This document shows, in pieces, positions 49,176-59,406 of a stretch of DNA of 64,000 bases. The stretch spans positions 2,500,211 to 2,564,210 of the forward strand of contig CAWIMX010000001.1 in assembly GCA_963837345.1 (NCBI GenBank). The letters are read 5' to 3'. A program made the position numbers and the translations under genes. The stretch is from an uncultured Acidobacteriota bacterium. Lineage in GTDB: Bacteria; Acidobacteriota; Vicinamibacteria; Vicinamibacterales; CAVVIG01. Numbering within the stretch: position 1 is the stretch's first letter; each line of letters opens with the position of its first letter. Below the pieces are notes generated by a model. That model was not told the DNA's origin. It made no database searches and saw only the letters and a list, made by a program, of their open reading frames with translations.

Positions 49176-49260
49176 GGCGTCAGCTGACGCTGTTCCATAG
49201 ACATTCTAGGGCAACGATAGGGCCTGCCACATAGAGTGTCAAGGGGAGAGTGGCCGGCGG

Positions 49261-49500
49261 GTGCATAATCGGGGCAGGCTGATGTCGCTCGACCCCACCT
49301 GGCTCTTCCTGTCGCTCATTCCCGGCGGCATCGGGTTCGTGCTGCTCGTCCACGGCAAGAAGCAGGGGCGCTGGCCCCAGATCGTGGCGGGGCTGCTGTT
49401 GATGGCCTATCCGTACGTCGCCACGACCGTGACGGCGCTCGTGGCGGGCGGAGCGATCATCGGCGCCGCCCTCTGGTACGCGACACGCCTGGGCTGGTAG
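49261..49500 (+). CDS. small two-TM membrane protein
   Basis: 79 aa (alternative ATG at 49282). WLFLSLIPGGIGFVLLV and IVAGLLLMAYPYVATTVTALVAGGAIIGAALWY. Confidence 0.5.
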   Translation: MHNRGRLMSLDPTWLFLSLIPGGIGFVLLVHGKKQGRWPQIVAGLLLMAYPYVATTVTALVAGGAIIGAALWYATRLGW

Positions 49501-49518
49501 CCGGGGGCTCGCGCCGGC

Positions 49519-51770
49519 CTACCAGCGGAACAGACGCGTGACCTTGACCACGAACGATCGGTTCTGCAGATCCGGAAACCCGCGGTCGAGCGTCGTGCGG
49601 CCGTCGCTGTACACGATGAACAGCTCGCTGCCCGGGCGGTACTCCCAGCGGATGCGCGCGTTCGACGTGAGCGAGTGCGTGCGCGACTGGTACTGGATCA
49701 GGGCCGACGTGAACATCCGCGGCGTGATCGTGTAGGTGACGCGGGAACTCACCAGGTTCGTATCAGCCCGGCCTTCCGGCAGCCGGACGCGGTTCCACGA
49801 CACGGTCGGCTCGGCGTAGAGCTGCCGCGACATCTCGACGCGGCCGCTCCAGGCAATCGTCGTGAGCGTGCCGTCGTAGTACTCGCCGGTCCCGAGCGAC
49901 ATGGTGCCGGAGATCTTGCGCTGCTGGCCGAGCGTGTACGAGGCCGAGCCGTGCGAAAACGTGTACTGGCCGACGGGCACGAAGACGCCGCTGCCCAGGT
50001 TGAAACGGCTGTCGAGCCGCTCGTAGTCGCGGGAAACGCCCACCGACACCCCGTCGCTGTTGTCGAACTCCAGACCGACAGACGCGTCGAGCGACTTCGA
50101 CTCGGGCGCGTTCGCCATGTCGGTCAGGTACGACACCGCGCCCTCGTAGCTGATCTTGCGGACGCCGCGCCATCCGGGCCGCGGGCTGAAGCGCGCCGAT
50201 CCCGACGACTGCCGGAACGCCGACCGACGCACCAGGCCGATTTCCGGATTGAAATTGGCGCCCACGGTCACGTGGTCGGCCGTCAGGCCGTAGCGGTCGG
50301 CGCTCCACGAGAAGCGGCCCCGGTAGCTCAGGTCTTCGCCCACCCGCCCAGGCGAATCGGTGCGCGCGGCGTACCCAGGATCGTGATCTCGCGCGTCGGA
50401 TTCAAGACCGCGTCGGCGCCGTACGCGAGGTTCCGATCCGACGTCGGCACGCCGGGGAGCGCGCCCGCCACGGGGTCGCGCAGGGTCACCATCGCGCCGA
50501 CGCGGCTGCGCTTGAACAGATCGCGGCTGACCCGCCCGACGGTGAAGTTCGTGCCTGGCGTCTTCGCCTGCGTCGACTCGCCCGTCTGGATGTTCAACCC
50601 GCCGAAGCTCCAGGGGCCCGACCGGCCCAGCACGCGCCCGCCGGCCCGGATCGGCACCTGCACGCCGTTGGCCAGCCCGATCTGCCGGCTGTAGAAGAGG
50701 AGCGGCGTCGTGCCGCCGCCGCCGCCGCCGTTGCTGCCGAAGGCGAAGGTGTCGGCGCCCTCGAGGAAGAACTCACGCTTCTCGGGGAAGAACAGGCTGA
50801 ATCGCGTGAGGTTCACCTGCTGCTCGTCGTCTTCCACCTGCGCGAAGTCGGTGTTGACCGTGAAGTCGGCGATGAGCGTCTGCCGGATGCCCCACTTCAC
50901 GTCGAGGCCGGCGTTCCCGTCGGGATCGTTCGCATAGGCCGGCACCGCGGTGCGATCGGTCAGCACCGATCCCAGCGCATACGGTTTGATGTCCAGGTTC
51001 TTGACCCGCCCGCCGGGGTCGAGATCGACGACCGTGGCGGCGACCGACATCTTCGACATGGCCGGCCGTCCCCAGGAGGCCAGGACCGGCGCCAGATACG
51101 TCAGCTCGTTGTCGGCGCGCACCATCCGACGGAAGTTCATGCCCCAGACGTGGCCGCCCTCCTGATGGCGGAACGAGCGGAAGGGAAAGCGGATCTCGAG
51201 GGTCCAGCCGTGCTCGAAGTTCGCCGTGCGTGCGTCCCAGATGCCGTTCCAACTGTTGTTCGGCTGCTCGTTGTTGATCGACCAGTCGAGCAGGCCCTCG
51301 AGGTAGTTCACGGCGAAGCCGTACCCGTTGCGGCGGTCGTAGAAGGTGTCGAAGCTCACGCCGAAGTGATCGTTGCTGAACAGATTGTTGGCGTCGCGTC
51401 GCATCTCGGTGGCGACGCGCTTCGACGGGTCGCTCTCCCAGAGGCGCGCCGACACGTACAGGTTGTTCGCGTCGTAGAGCACCCAGACTTCGGTGCGGTC
51501 CGACGCGGGCTGCCCCTCGTGCGGCTCCTGCTGGATGAAGTCGCCGAACGAGGGCACCTGTTCGTACACCGCGTCGTCCAGGCGGCCGTCGTAGTCGAGA
51601 TGTTCGACGCGCGTCGCGCGGATCGTCGCCTGGCCGTCGGGACTTCGCGTGATGACGGCCGGGGGAACGGGCGCCGGAGGGCCCACGAGGGCGGGGTCAT
51701 CCGCCGTCTGGCCGAGCGCGGGCCCTGCAAACACCAGCGAAAGAACGAGGAAGGCTGCCCCGGGGCGCAT
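49519..51770 (-). pseudogene. DUF5916-like outer-membrane protein (CBM9-like N-domain plus beta-barrel), split by a 1-nt deletion (or assembly error)
   Basis: ORFs 50328..51770 and 49519..50343 are halves of one protein. The third frame reads ...ILG|YAARTDSPGRVGEDLSYRGRF across 50371-50376. Total length is 2252 nt, which is 751 codons minus 1 nt. Confidence 0.7.
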
Positions 51771-51827
51771 GAAGCCGGGGACAGACTATCACGAGAGCGC
51801 CGGTCGACCGTCGCGACCCGCTTCGCG

Positions 51828-53114
51828 TCACGCCGTCGCGCGTTCCGCGAACACTTGCACGAGGTGCACGAGCGTCTCGGTCGTCTTTTCGAGCCCGCGA
51901 CGCGAGTTGAATTCGAGCCGGCTGTGGAAGTTATGGCCGCCCGTGAAGAGATTCGGACATGGCAGCCCCCGGAACGTGAGCTTCGAACCGTCGGTGCCCC
52001 CGCGGATGGGCCGGGTTGCCGGCGTCAGGCCGGCGCGTGTCGTGGCTTCAATCGCGTACACCACCAGATGCGGCTGATCCTTCAGGACGTCGTTCATGTT
52101 GCGGTACTGGTCCCGCACCTCGACTTCGACGCGCACGCCGGGCATCCGGGCGGCGCAGCCCCCGGCCAGCTCCCGGACCACGCGCTCCTTGGCGTCGAGA
52201 CCCGTCGGGCCGGCGACGTCGAAGTCGCGCAGGATCACCTTTGCCGAGGAGGTCTCCACGTCGATCGTGCCCGCATAGGGGTGCACGAACCCGGTGCGCC
52301 CCTCGGTGGCCTCGGGGCGCATCTCGCCGGGCAGCCGGACGAGGAAATCGCTCAAGGCGTACGCCGAGTTCACCAGCACGCCTTTCGCGCTGCCCGGATG
52401 CGCGCTCACGCCGTGGAAGGTGACGATGGCGAGGCGCGCGTTCCAGGTCTCGTGATTGATCTCGCCGAGAGCCTCGCCGTCCACGGTATAGGCGACGCGC
52501 GCCCCGAAGGCCTCGACGTCGAATCAATCGATGCCGACGCCGATCTCCTCGTCGGCGCTGAAGCCGACGGCGATCGGCCCGCGGCGGATCGCCGGGTTCT
52601 GCCGGAGCGTGTCGACCAGCGTCATGATCGCCGCCACTCCGGCCTTGTCATCCGATCCGAGGAGCGTCGTGCCGTCGGCCGTGATGATGTCGTCGCCGAT
52701 CATGCCGGCCAGCGCCGGGTGGCTGGCCGCGGCAATGACCTGCGTCGGGTCGCCCGGCAGCACGAGGTCGCCGCCCCGGTAGTTGGCGTGAACGATCGGG
52801 CGGACGTTCGCGCCCGAGACGGCGGGCGACGTGTCCACGTGCGCCAGAAATCCCACGACCGCCGGCGCGTCCGCGGCAGCCACCGTTCCGGGCACCGATG
52901 CGTACACCATGCACGACTCGCTCACGCGGACCCGTTCGGCCCCGAGCGACTCCAGCTCGGCGGCGAGCTGCCGCGCGAGCGTCCACTGCCCGGGAGTGCT
53001 CGGGACGCCGGGCTGGCCCTCCGACGACTGGGTGTCGACGCGGACGTACCGGAGAAAACGATCGACGACCGACTCTCTGGGAGGATGGGCGAAGGGTATT
53101 TGCGCCATTGTCAC
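51828..53114 (-). pseudogene. pepT: peptidase T (M20B tripeptidase) interrupted by an in-frame TGA
   Basis: ORFs 52524..53114 and 51828..52484 are in the same frame. Minus strand reads ...EEIGVGID TGA FDVEAFGARVAYTVDGEALGE... As I recall E. coli PepT (unverified), the stop aligns with its GAKHFDV segment. Confidence 0.75.
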
Positions 53115-53191
53115 GTCGTTGTCGCAGGCTCGTTGTCTGCGTCGACAAGAATCTCACACCTCACGGATGTTTCGGATTCCAGGGGGTGAGT

Positions 53192-54349
53192 ATGCACAGG
53201 AACAGGAGAGTCGTTCTGGTGGCGGCCGCGGCGCTGGTCGCGGCTGCCGTGGGAGCCGGCGTGACGGCCCAGGGGCGTGCAGACGCCCGCCGCGACGGCG
53301 ACGATGGCCGCGACGGACATGGCCGGCACGAGGCCTACGCCATCGGCCTCTGGGGCGATCTGCCGTATTCGGACGTGCAGGAAACCGTCGGCCTGCCGAA
53401 CCTGATCGCGGACATGAACGACCAGCACCTCGCGTTCAGCGTCCACGACGGCGATCTGAAGACCGGGAACGGAGCGCCCGTCTGCGATGATGCCCTGTAC
53501 GCGCGGGCAACCGGCTGGTTCAATGCCCTGAAGGCGCCGGCGATGTTCACGCCGGGCGACAACGACTGGACCGACTGCGACCGCCCGAACAACGGTGCGT
53601 TCGACTCGCTCGAGCGCCTCACCTACGAGCGCGCCGTGCTGTTCTCGACGCCGTTCTCGCTCGGCCAGCACCGGATCCACCAGGACGTGCAGCTGGATCC
53701 GCTCTGCCTTGGCGTGGTCAGCACGACCGACCATACGCGCGTCTATCGGCCGTGCGTCGAGAACCGGCGCTGGGCACTCGAAGGGGCGACCTATGCGACG
53801 ATCAACATCCAGGGATCCTGCAACAATCTCTGCGGCGACGGCGCCGAGCCCGCCGAATACGCGGCCCGAAATGCCGCCAACATCGAGTGGATGCGCGAGA
53901 CGTTCGCCGAGGCGATTGCCCGGCGTGCGGCGGCCATCATGCTGATCGGACAGGCCGACCCGGGCTTCAGCGAGAGCGAGTTCGACGCCCCTCAGCGGAA
54001 TCCGACGACCCTGGCCGAAACCGACGGCGACCCGGACGGTTTCCAGGAGTTCCTGCTGGCCCTGCGCGATGAAGTGGCCGCGTTCCGCCGGCCCGTCGTG
54101 TTCGTGCACGGCGATTCCCACTACTTCCGGATGGACAAGCCGCTCCTGGATGCCTCGGGCGGACGTCTGGAGAACTTCACGCGCCTCGAGACGTTCGGAA
54201 ATCACGCCGACCAGGGCACCAACGACATGCACTGGGTGAAGGTGTGGGTGGACGCCGACAGCCGCGAGGTCTTTTCCTACCAGCCGCAGATCGTGCCGGC
54301 CAACCGCACCGCCGTCCCGGCTCCCGGGACGACGCCGGGAATCAGATGA
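53192..54349 (+). CDS. secreted calcineurin-like metallophosphoesterase
   Basis: ATG at 53192 after AGGGGG. Signal peptide. Motifs WGDLPY, VHDGDL, PGDNDW and VHGDSH. Confidence 0.75.
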   Translation: MHRNRRVVLVAAAALVAAAVGAGVTAQGRADARRDGDDGRDGHGRHEAYAIGLWGDLPYSDVQETVGLPNLIADMNDQHLAFSVHDGDLKTGNGAPVCDDALYARATGWFNALKAPAMFTPGDNDWTDCDRPNNGAFDSLERLTYERAVLFSTPFSLGQHRIHQDVQLDPLCLGVVSTTDHTRVYRPCVENRRWALEGATYATINIQGSCNNLCGDGAEPAEYAARNAANIEWMRETFAEAIARRAAAIMLIGQADPGFSESEFDAPQRNPTTLAETDGDPDGFQEFLLALRDEVAAFRRPVVFVHGDSHYFRMDKPLLDASGGRLENFTRLETFGNHADQGTNDMHWVKVWVDADSREVFSYQPQIVPANRTAVPAPGTTPGIR

Positions 54350-54468
54350 GCCTGCCGGCGAGGAGGGCGGCAGTCGGCCCCCCCACAGCCGGGCCGTTAG
54401 GGGCGGCGCAGCATCCCGGTCAACGTGCGCGAACGATTGTTGCAAGGGATCCGGCCAGGGAGGATCTC

Positions 54469-55014
54469 ATGAGCCAGCAACGACTCGGCCTGCACGCGCT
54501 GACGGCAATCTGCGCGGGCGCCGCGCTGATCGGTGTGACCGCCTGCGGACCGAACAATGCCGATACCACCTCGGCGGTGGACCCGGACACCGGCGCGCCC
54601 GGCGCGTCTGATGTGACGACCCGCACTGGCAGCCCGATCACGGTCACCGGCTGCCTGCAGCAGGAGGATCACGACTACATCCTCACGGCGATGAACGAGC
54701 CAGGCATGGCCGGCGCGCCGGCTGCCGCCGGCAACAAGGTCGGCACGGAACAGCTCACGGAAGCCCGGCACGCCTACAAGCTGAGCAGCCGCGACGACCT
54801 CGACGTGCTGGTGGGGAAGAGCGTCCGCGTGGAAGGCACGCTCGCCCGACGGTCGGATGTCGTGCGCACGGGGAATCAGCCCACGACGGATCGTCAGGAT
54901 CTCGATCAGGGCGACCTCGCGGCGATCGACGTGACGACGATCAATCAGGTGGCGGACGCCTGCGGCCAGACCAACGGCGACTCGCCGCACAACGGGCCGT
55001 CGTCGAGAAATTAG
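54469..55014 (+). CDS. hypothetical lipoprotein
   Basis: ATG at 54469 after GGGAGGA. Lipobox VTAC. No family recognised. Confidence 0.6.
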   Translation: MSQQRLGLHALTAICAGAALIGVTACGPNNADTTSAVDPDTGAPGASDVTTRTGSPITVTGCLQQEDHDYILTAMNEPGMAGAPAAAGNKVGTEQLTEARHAYKLSSRDDLDVLVGKSVRVEGTLARRSDVVRTGNQPTTDRQDLDQGDLAAIDVTTINQVADACGQTNGDSPHNGPSSRN

Positions 55015-55025
55015 CGAACGGGGAT

Positions 55026-55059
55026 CGTGCCGCGCGTCCCGCTGCGGGCGGGCGGCACG
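55026..55059. terminator. nested GC-rich hairpin between convergent genes
   Basis: Outer stem CGTGCCGC / GCGGCACG (55026-55033 and 55052-55059) with inner stem CCCGC / GCGGG. No clear U-tract. Confidence 0.35.
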
Positions 55060-55070
55060 ACTCAGCCGAC

Positions 55071-55556
55071 CTACGTGGCCTGCGAGATCTCAATCCGCCG
55101 GCCCTGTTTCGCCGACTGCGGCGGCGCGGGCATCCGAACCTCCAGCACCCCGTCCTTGAACGTCGCCTTCGCCTGATCGACCATCGCCTCCTCGGGCAGC
55201 GGAAACATCCGGTAAAAGCTGCCGTAGGTTCGCTCGGTCCGATAGAAACCGTCCCGCCGTTCCTCGTGTGTCTGTCGCCGCTCGCCCTGGATGATCACCG
55301 CCTCGCCGGTCACGACGACTTCAACGTCGTCGCGCGAGAGCCCCGGCAAATCGGCGCGCAACACCAGCTCGTTGTTGCGGTGGACCACCTCGATCTGGGG
55401 CGCCCAGAAGTCGGCGCCGAAGGCCGCCCGCTCCGCGTGCTGGCGGTCGGGCAGCCACCCCCGGCCGACGCCGAACACGTCGTAGAGCCGATTCATCTCC
55501 GAGGACAGCCGATCCAGCGTCCGCGCGCGCGACATCTCCTGCTGCTTCTCCGCCAT
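55071..55556 (-). CDS. Hsp20/alpha-crystallin family small heat-shock protein
   Basis: 161 aa from MAEKQQEM (ATG 55556 after AGGAGG). Motifs PQIEVVHRNNELVLRADLPGL, ERTYGSFYRMFPLP and ATFKDGVLEVRMP. Confidence 0.9.
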   Translation of the reverse strand: MAEKQQEMSRARTLDRLSSEMNRLYDVFGVGRGWLPDRQHAERAAFGADFWAPQIEVVHRNNELVLRADLPGLSRDDVEVVVTGEAVIIQGERRQTHEERRDGFYRTERTYGSFYRMFPLPEEAMVDQAKATFKDGVLEVRMPAPPQSAKQGRRIEISQAT

Positions 55557-55585
55557 GTGTTGTCCTCCTGGGCGTCCGACGCGGC

Positions 55586-56128
55586 TCAATGCGTCACTGC
55601 GGGCAGCGTCAGCCGCCGTTTCAGCGTCACGATCTGCGTTGTGCCCCCCTCGTCGAGCACCGCGATGCTCTCGAGTCCGGCGGCGTCCTCGCGGACCAGA
55701 ATCTCGCGCGGATGGCGGATCAGGTGGTCGATCCCTTCCAGGGCGACGTCCAGCAGATCGTCGTTGGGGTCGTACGTGACCCCGACCATCGGCAGCCAGT
55801 CGGTCGCGATCTGATCGCCCAGGTCGAGCGACGCCACCTCGATCTCCGCCCGCGTCCCCGCGAGCCCGCGCGACACGCGCTCGAAGAACGCCTCCCACTG
55901 CCCGCGCGGCACTGTTCGCACCGCCGGCCCGCCCCCTGCACGCCGGGCGTCCGCCGCCTCGCCGTGCAGCCGCTCGATCACCCGCTCGCAGATGTCCTGC
56001 CGCTCGATCAGGTCGCGGCGGAAGTCGCGGGCGTCGGTGCGCGCGACCTCACGCTTGAGGTCGGGCAGGTAGTCGCGCAACAGCTGTTCGAGGAGGCGGG
56101 CCTCCTTGCCGGAGAGATGCAGGTTCAT
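55586..56128 (-). CDS. hypothetical protein, C-terminal DUF5335-like domain (tentative)
   Basis: 180 aa from MNLHLSGKEAR (ATG 56128 after GGGAGG). EIEVASLDLGDQIATDWLPMVGVTYDPNDDLLDVALEGIDHLIRHP resembles DUF5335 as I recall it. Confidence 0.6.
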   Translation of the reverse strand: MNLHLSGKEARLLEQLLRDYLPDLKREVARTDARDFRRDLIERQDICERVIERLHGEAADARRAGGGPAVRTVPRGQWEAFFERVSRGLAGTRAEIEVASLDLGDQIATDWLPMVGVTYDPNDDLLDVALEGIDHLIRHPREILVREDAAGLESIAVLDEGGTTQIVTLKRRLTLPAVTH

Positions 56129-56209
56129 GGAAGCCTCCCGTGGTGCCGACTTACCGCCGGTACCGGACGTACCACGCAATTCCCGTACCTCCGAGAACGC
56201 ACGGGCCTG

Positions 56210-57883
56210 TCAGGCGGAGCGAGCCCGGAGGTCACGCCGCAGGATCTTGAGCGTGCTGCCCTTCGGCAGCTCGTTCAGGAACTCGATCGCCCGCGGCACC
56301 TTGTAGGGCGCCAGCTCCCGGCGGCAGTAGGCAACCAGCTCCGCCTCGGTCGCCTGCTGTCCCGCTCGCAGCACGATGAACGACTTCACCGTTTCGCCCC
56401 GCCTGGGATCGGGGACGCCGATCGTCGCCGACTCGAGGACGGCGGGATGCGCCGCGAGGACGGCGTCAACTTCGTCGGGATACACGTTGTATCCGCTGAC
56501 GATGATCAGGTCTTTCTTGCGCCCGGCGATGAAGGTGTAGCCGTCCTGGTCCACCGTGGCGATGTCGCCCGTGCGCAGCCAGCCGTCGACGAGGACCTCT
56601 GCCGAGGCCTCCGGACTCTGCCAGTACCCGCGCATCACCTGTGGCCCCTTGACGAGCAGTTCTCCGGGCGTGCCGGCCGGCAGCTCGGTGGAGCCGTCCT
56701 CCAGGCTCACGATCTTCATATCGGTCGAGGGGCAGGGCACGCCGACGCTGCCGATCTTGCGCCTCCCGACGAGCGGATTCACGTGTGTCACCGGCGAGGC
56801 TTCGGTCAGGCCGTATCCCTCGACGATCCGGCTGCCGGTCAGTGCTTCGAAACGCTCGAGTACGGAAGTCGGCAGGGGTGCCGCGCCCGAAAAGCACGAC
56901 GTCACGCTGGTGAGGTCGAGGCGGTCGATGCCGCGCGTTTCGACGATGGCGTTGAACATGGCGGGCACGGCGGGAAAGAGCGTCACGCGATGCCGGGCCG
57001 TGTTCGAGATGATCCGCCGGATGTCTCGCGGATCCGGGATCAGCACGATGGCGGCCGCGATCGACACCGGATAGTTCATCGCGACGGTCAGCCCGAACAC
57101 GTGGAAGAAGGGCAGCGCGCCGAGCATCACCTCGTGGCCGGGGCGGGCGCCGACGAACCACGATGCCACTTGCTGGGCATTGCACGAGAGGTTGCGGTGC
57201 GTCAGCATCGCGCCACGTGGAACCCCCGTCGTGCCGCCGGTGTACTGCAGCACCGCCACGTCGTCCATCGCGAGTGAACGGTCGAGGCGGCTGGGCGGCG
57301 CCGTCCGGATCATCGTGTGCATGAAGTGCACGCCTGGCTCGCCGTGCACCGAAGCCGCGAGCGGCGGGTGGTGAAAGCCGAGCGCTACGCGCGCCACGAC
57401 GTTCCGCGGAAAGCGCAGGTACTCCGGAATCGACGTCACGACGTAGTGCTCGATCGGCAGGCGCCCCCGCATCGCCGCCAGCCGCTCGGCGAACAGATAG
57501 TCGGTGACGATCGCGACCGAGCAGCCGGCGTCGTTCCACTGGTGCTCGATTTCCCGTTCGACGTAGAGCGGATTGGTCATCACGACCGTCGCGCCCGCGG
57601 CGAGGGCCGCGTGAAAGGCGATCACGGTCTGCGGCAGGTTCGGCAGATGGATAGCGACCCGCGTGCCGTGCTCCACGCCGATGGCCGCGAGCGCCGCCGC
57701 GAACCGGTCCACGTGGGCCTTCAAGTCGCGGTACGTGAGGCGTCGGTTCAAGAAGATGAGCGCGGTCGCATCGGGATGGTCGATCGCGCTGCGATCGAGA
57801 CACGCGGGCAGCGGCTCGGCCCGGAACGCGATCTCGCGGGGGACGCCCTCGTCATAAGCGCGATACCAGGCACGGTCGGTCAT
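56210..57883 (-). CDS. long-chain fatty-acid--CoA ligase (AMP-dependent synthetase)
   Basis: 557 aa from MTDRAWYRAYDEG. AMP-binding motifs LQYTGGTTGVPRGAMLTH, GYGLTE, TGDIATVDQDGY and the terminal KILRRDL. Confidence 0.9.
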   Translation of the reverse strand: MTDRAWYRAYDEGVPREIAFRAEPLPACLDRSAIDHPDATALIFLNRRLTYRDLKAHVDRFAAALAAIGVEHGTRVAIHLPNLPQTVIAFHAALAAGATVVMTNPLYVEREIEHQWNDAGCSVAIVTDYLFAERLAAMRGRLPIEHYVVTSIPEYLRFPRNVVARVALGFHHPPLAASVHGEPGVHFMHTMIRTAPPSRLDRSLAMDDVAVLQYTGGTTGVPRGAMLTHRNLSCNAQQVASWFVGARPGHEVMLGALPFFHVFGLTVAMNYPVSIAAAIVLIPDPRDIRRIISNTARHRVTLFPAVPAMFNAIVETRGIDRLDLTSVTSCFSGAAPLPTSVLERFEALTGSRIVEGYGLTEASPVTHVNPLVGRRKIGSVGVPCPSTDMKIVSLEDGSTELPAGTPGELLVKGPQVMRGYWQSPEASAEVLVDGWLRTGDIATVDQDGYTFIAGRKKDLIIVSGYNVYPDEVDAVLAAHPAVLESATIGVPDPRRGETVKSFIVLRAGQQATEAELVAYCRRELAPYKVPRAIEFLNELPKGSTLKILRRDLRARSA

Positions 57884-58644
57884 GTCCGGCCCGGCAGGCT
57901 GTGCGGACGCGCGAGCGGAACCGCCGGGGCGCCCGCGTACACGATCCCGCCTTCGAGCTTCGCATGTTTCGGCACGAAGCTCAGCGCACCCACCTGCGCC
58001 CCTGCGCCGATCTCCACCCCGATCTCGACGACGCTGCCGAGTCCGATGGTGACGCGGTCGCCCAGCCGCACGCGCGCCGTCTTCACGATGCCGCCTTCCA
58101 CGGTGTGGCCGGCCATGTGCACGCCCCCGCCGATCACCACGTCGTCGCCGCACTCGATCAGGTTGTAGTCACTCACGGCCAGACTGTTGACGTACACTCG
58201 CTTGCCGAGGCGGGCGCCGCACAGCCGGAGGTGCCCGGTCCAGATCGGCGTGCCGCGCACCAGCGAGCCCGCGACCATCCGCACGAGGTGGATCGAGGCC
58301 ACATAGCGGACCCATCCGAGCAGGCGCCACTCCATGTCGGTGATCCGCATCGCGGCGTCCGGCGGCGTGCACCAGCCGAGGAGGCGCAGCGTAAGAGGCG
58401 AGACGACCATGAGGCAGAGGGCGAAAAGCACGTAGGATGGAACGAGTGCGATGCTGATGGCAGCCCATCGCCACGGGGAGCCGGTGTCGGCCGCCGGGAT
58501 CAGCCACCGCCAGAGCAGCACCACCGGCGCGGCCGACACCGCACAGACGGCCGTCTGTACGGCGACGAGCGACGCGATCGTCCAGGCGATGCGCCACCCG
58601 ACGACGAGCCGGCGCGGACCCGCCTGGGACGGTGCCGGCGTCAT
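57880..58644 (-). CDS. membrane-anchored hexapeptide-repeat (LbH) acyltransferase-like protein
   Basis: 254 aa. Three N-terminal TM helices, then left-handed beta-helix repeats (IECGDDVVIGGGVHMAGHTVEGGIVKTARVRLGDRVTIGLGSVVEIGVEIGAGAQVGALSFV). ATGA overlap with the ligase gene. Confidence 0.7.
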   Translation of the reverse strand: MTPAPSQAGPRRLVVGWRIAWTIASLVAVQTAVCAVSAAPVVLLWRWLIPAADTGSPWRWAAISIALVPSYVLFALCLMVVSPLTLRLLGWCTPPDAAMRITDMEWRLLGWVRYVASIHLVRMVAGSLVRGTPIWTGHLRLCGARLGKRVYVNSLAVSDYNLIECGDDVVIGGGVHMAGHTVEGGIVKTARVRLGDRVTIGLGSVVEIGVEIGAGAQVGALSFVPKHAKLEGGIVYAGAPAVPLARPHSLPGRT

Positions 58645-58655
58645 CGACGTCTCCG

Positions 58656-59402
58656 ATGCCTAGCGACTACGATCCGCATCTGTCGATCCACGGTGAAGGC
58701 CCGGCCGTCGTGCTGGTGCCCGGCATGAACGGCACCGGCGAGCTGTTCTATCGCCAGGTGCCGCGCCTCGAGCGATCCTACCGCGTCGCGACCTATTCGC
58801 TGCGCGAGGATGCCGACAGTCTCGACCGGCTTGCCGGCGATCTCGCGCACATCGTCGAAACGGTCGCGCCGGAGACCCCCCGCGCCACCATCGTCGGCGA
58901 GTCGTTCGGCGGGGCCGTGGCGCTCACCTTCGCGCTCGCGTACCCCGAGCGCGTCGAGGCGCTCGTAATCCTCAACTCGTTCGCCCATTTCGGTCCGCAG
59001 ATTCGGCTCGGCCTCGCGATCGCCGGCCTGAAGGTCATGCCCTGGGGCGCCATGTCGCTGGTGCGCCACCTCACCGCGTTCCGGCTGCACTCGCGGCACA
59101 CGCATCGACGGGAAGTGAAGCAGTTCATCGCCCTGACCGCGCACGCCACGCGCGATGGCTACATCAATCGGCTGAAGCTGCTTCGAGAGTACGACGTGCG
59201 CGATCGACTGGGGGAGATCCGCCGGCCCGCATTATTCCTGGCTGCCGAACACGATCACCTCGTGCCGGCCGTCGCGCAGGCTCGCTACATGTCCCAGCGG
59301 GTGCCGCACGGCGTCTTGCGGATTCTGGAGGGGCACGGCCACATCTGCCTGATTGCGCCGGACATCGACCTGGCCGCGATCGTGCGGGAATGGCGTCCGT
59401 GA
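58656..59402 (+). CDS. alpha/beta-fold hydrolase
   Basis: Nucleophile elbow GESFGG and HG-like oxyanion region VLVPGMNGTG. The C-terminal EGHGH carries the catalytic His. ATG at 58656 is preferred over the GTG at 58632. Confidence 0.8.
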   Translation: MPSDYDPHLSIHGEGPAVVLVPGMNGTGELFYRQVPRLERSYRVATYSLREDADSLDRLAGDLAHIVETVAPETPRATIVGESFGGAVALTFALAYPERVEALVILNSFAHFGPQIRLGLAIAGLKVMPWGAMSLVRHLTAFRLHSRHTHRREVKQFIALTAHATRDGYINRLKLLREYDVRDRLGEIRRPALFLAAEHDHLVPAVAQARYMSQRVPHGVLRILEGHGHICLIAPDIDLAAIVREWRP

Positions 59403-59406
59403 GGCG

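Noticed and set aside
52524-52526. Selenocysteine or alternative genetic code as the explanation for the in-frame TGA in pepT
   Set aside because: TGA clearly terminates many genes here (ATGA overlaps). No convincing SECIS hairpin follows, and the position is not a known redox-active residue. It is kept only as a low-probability alternative in the finding.
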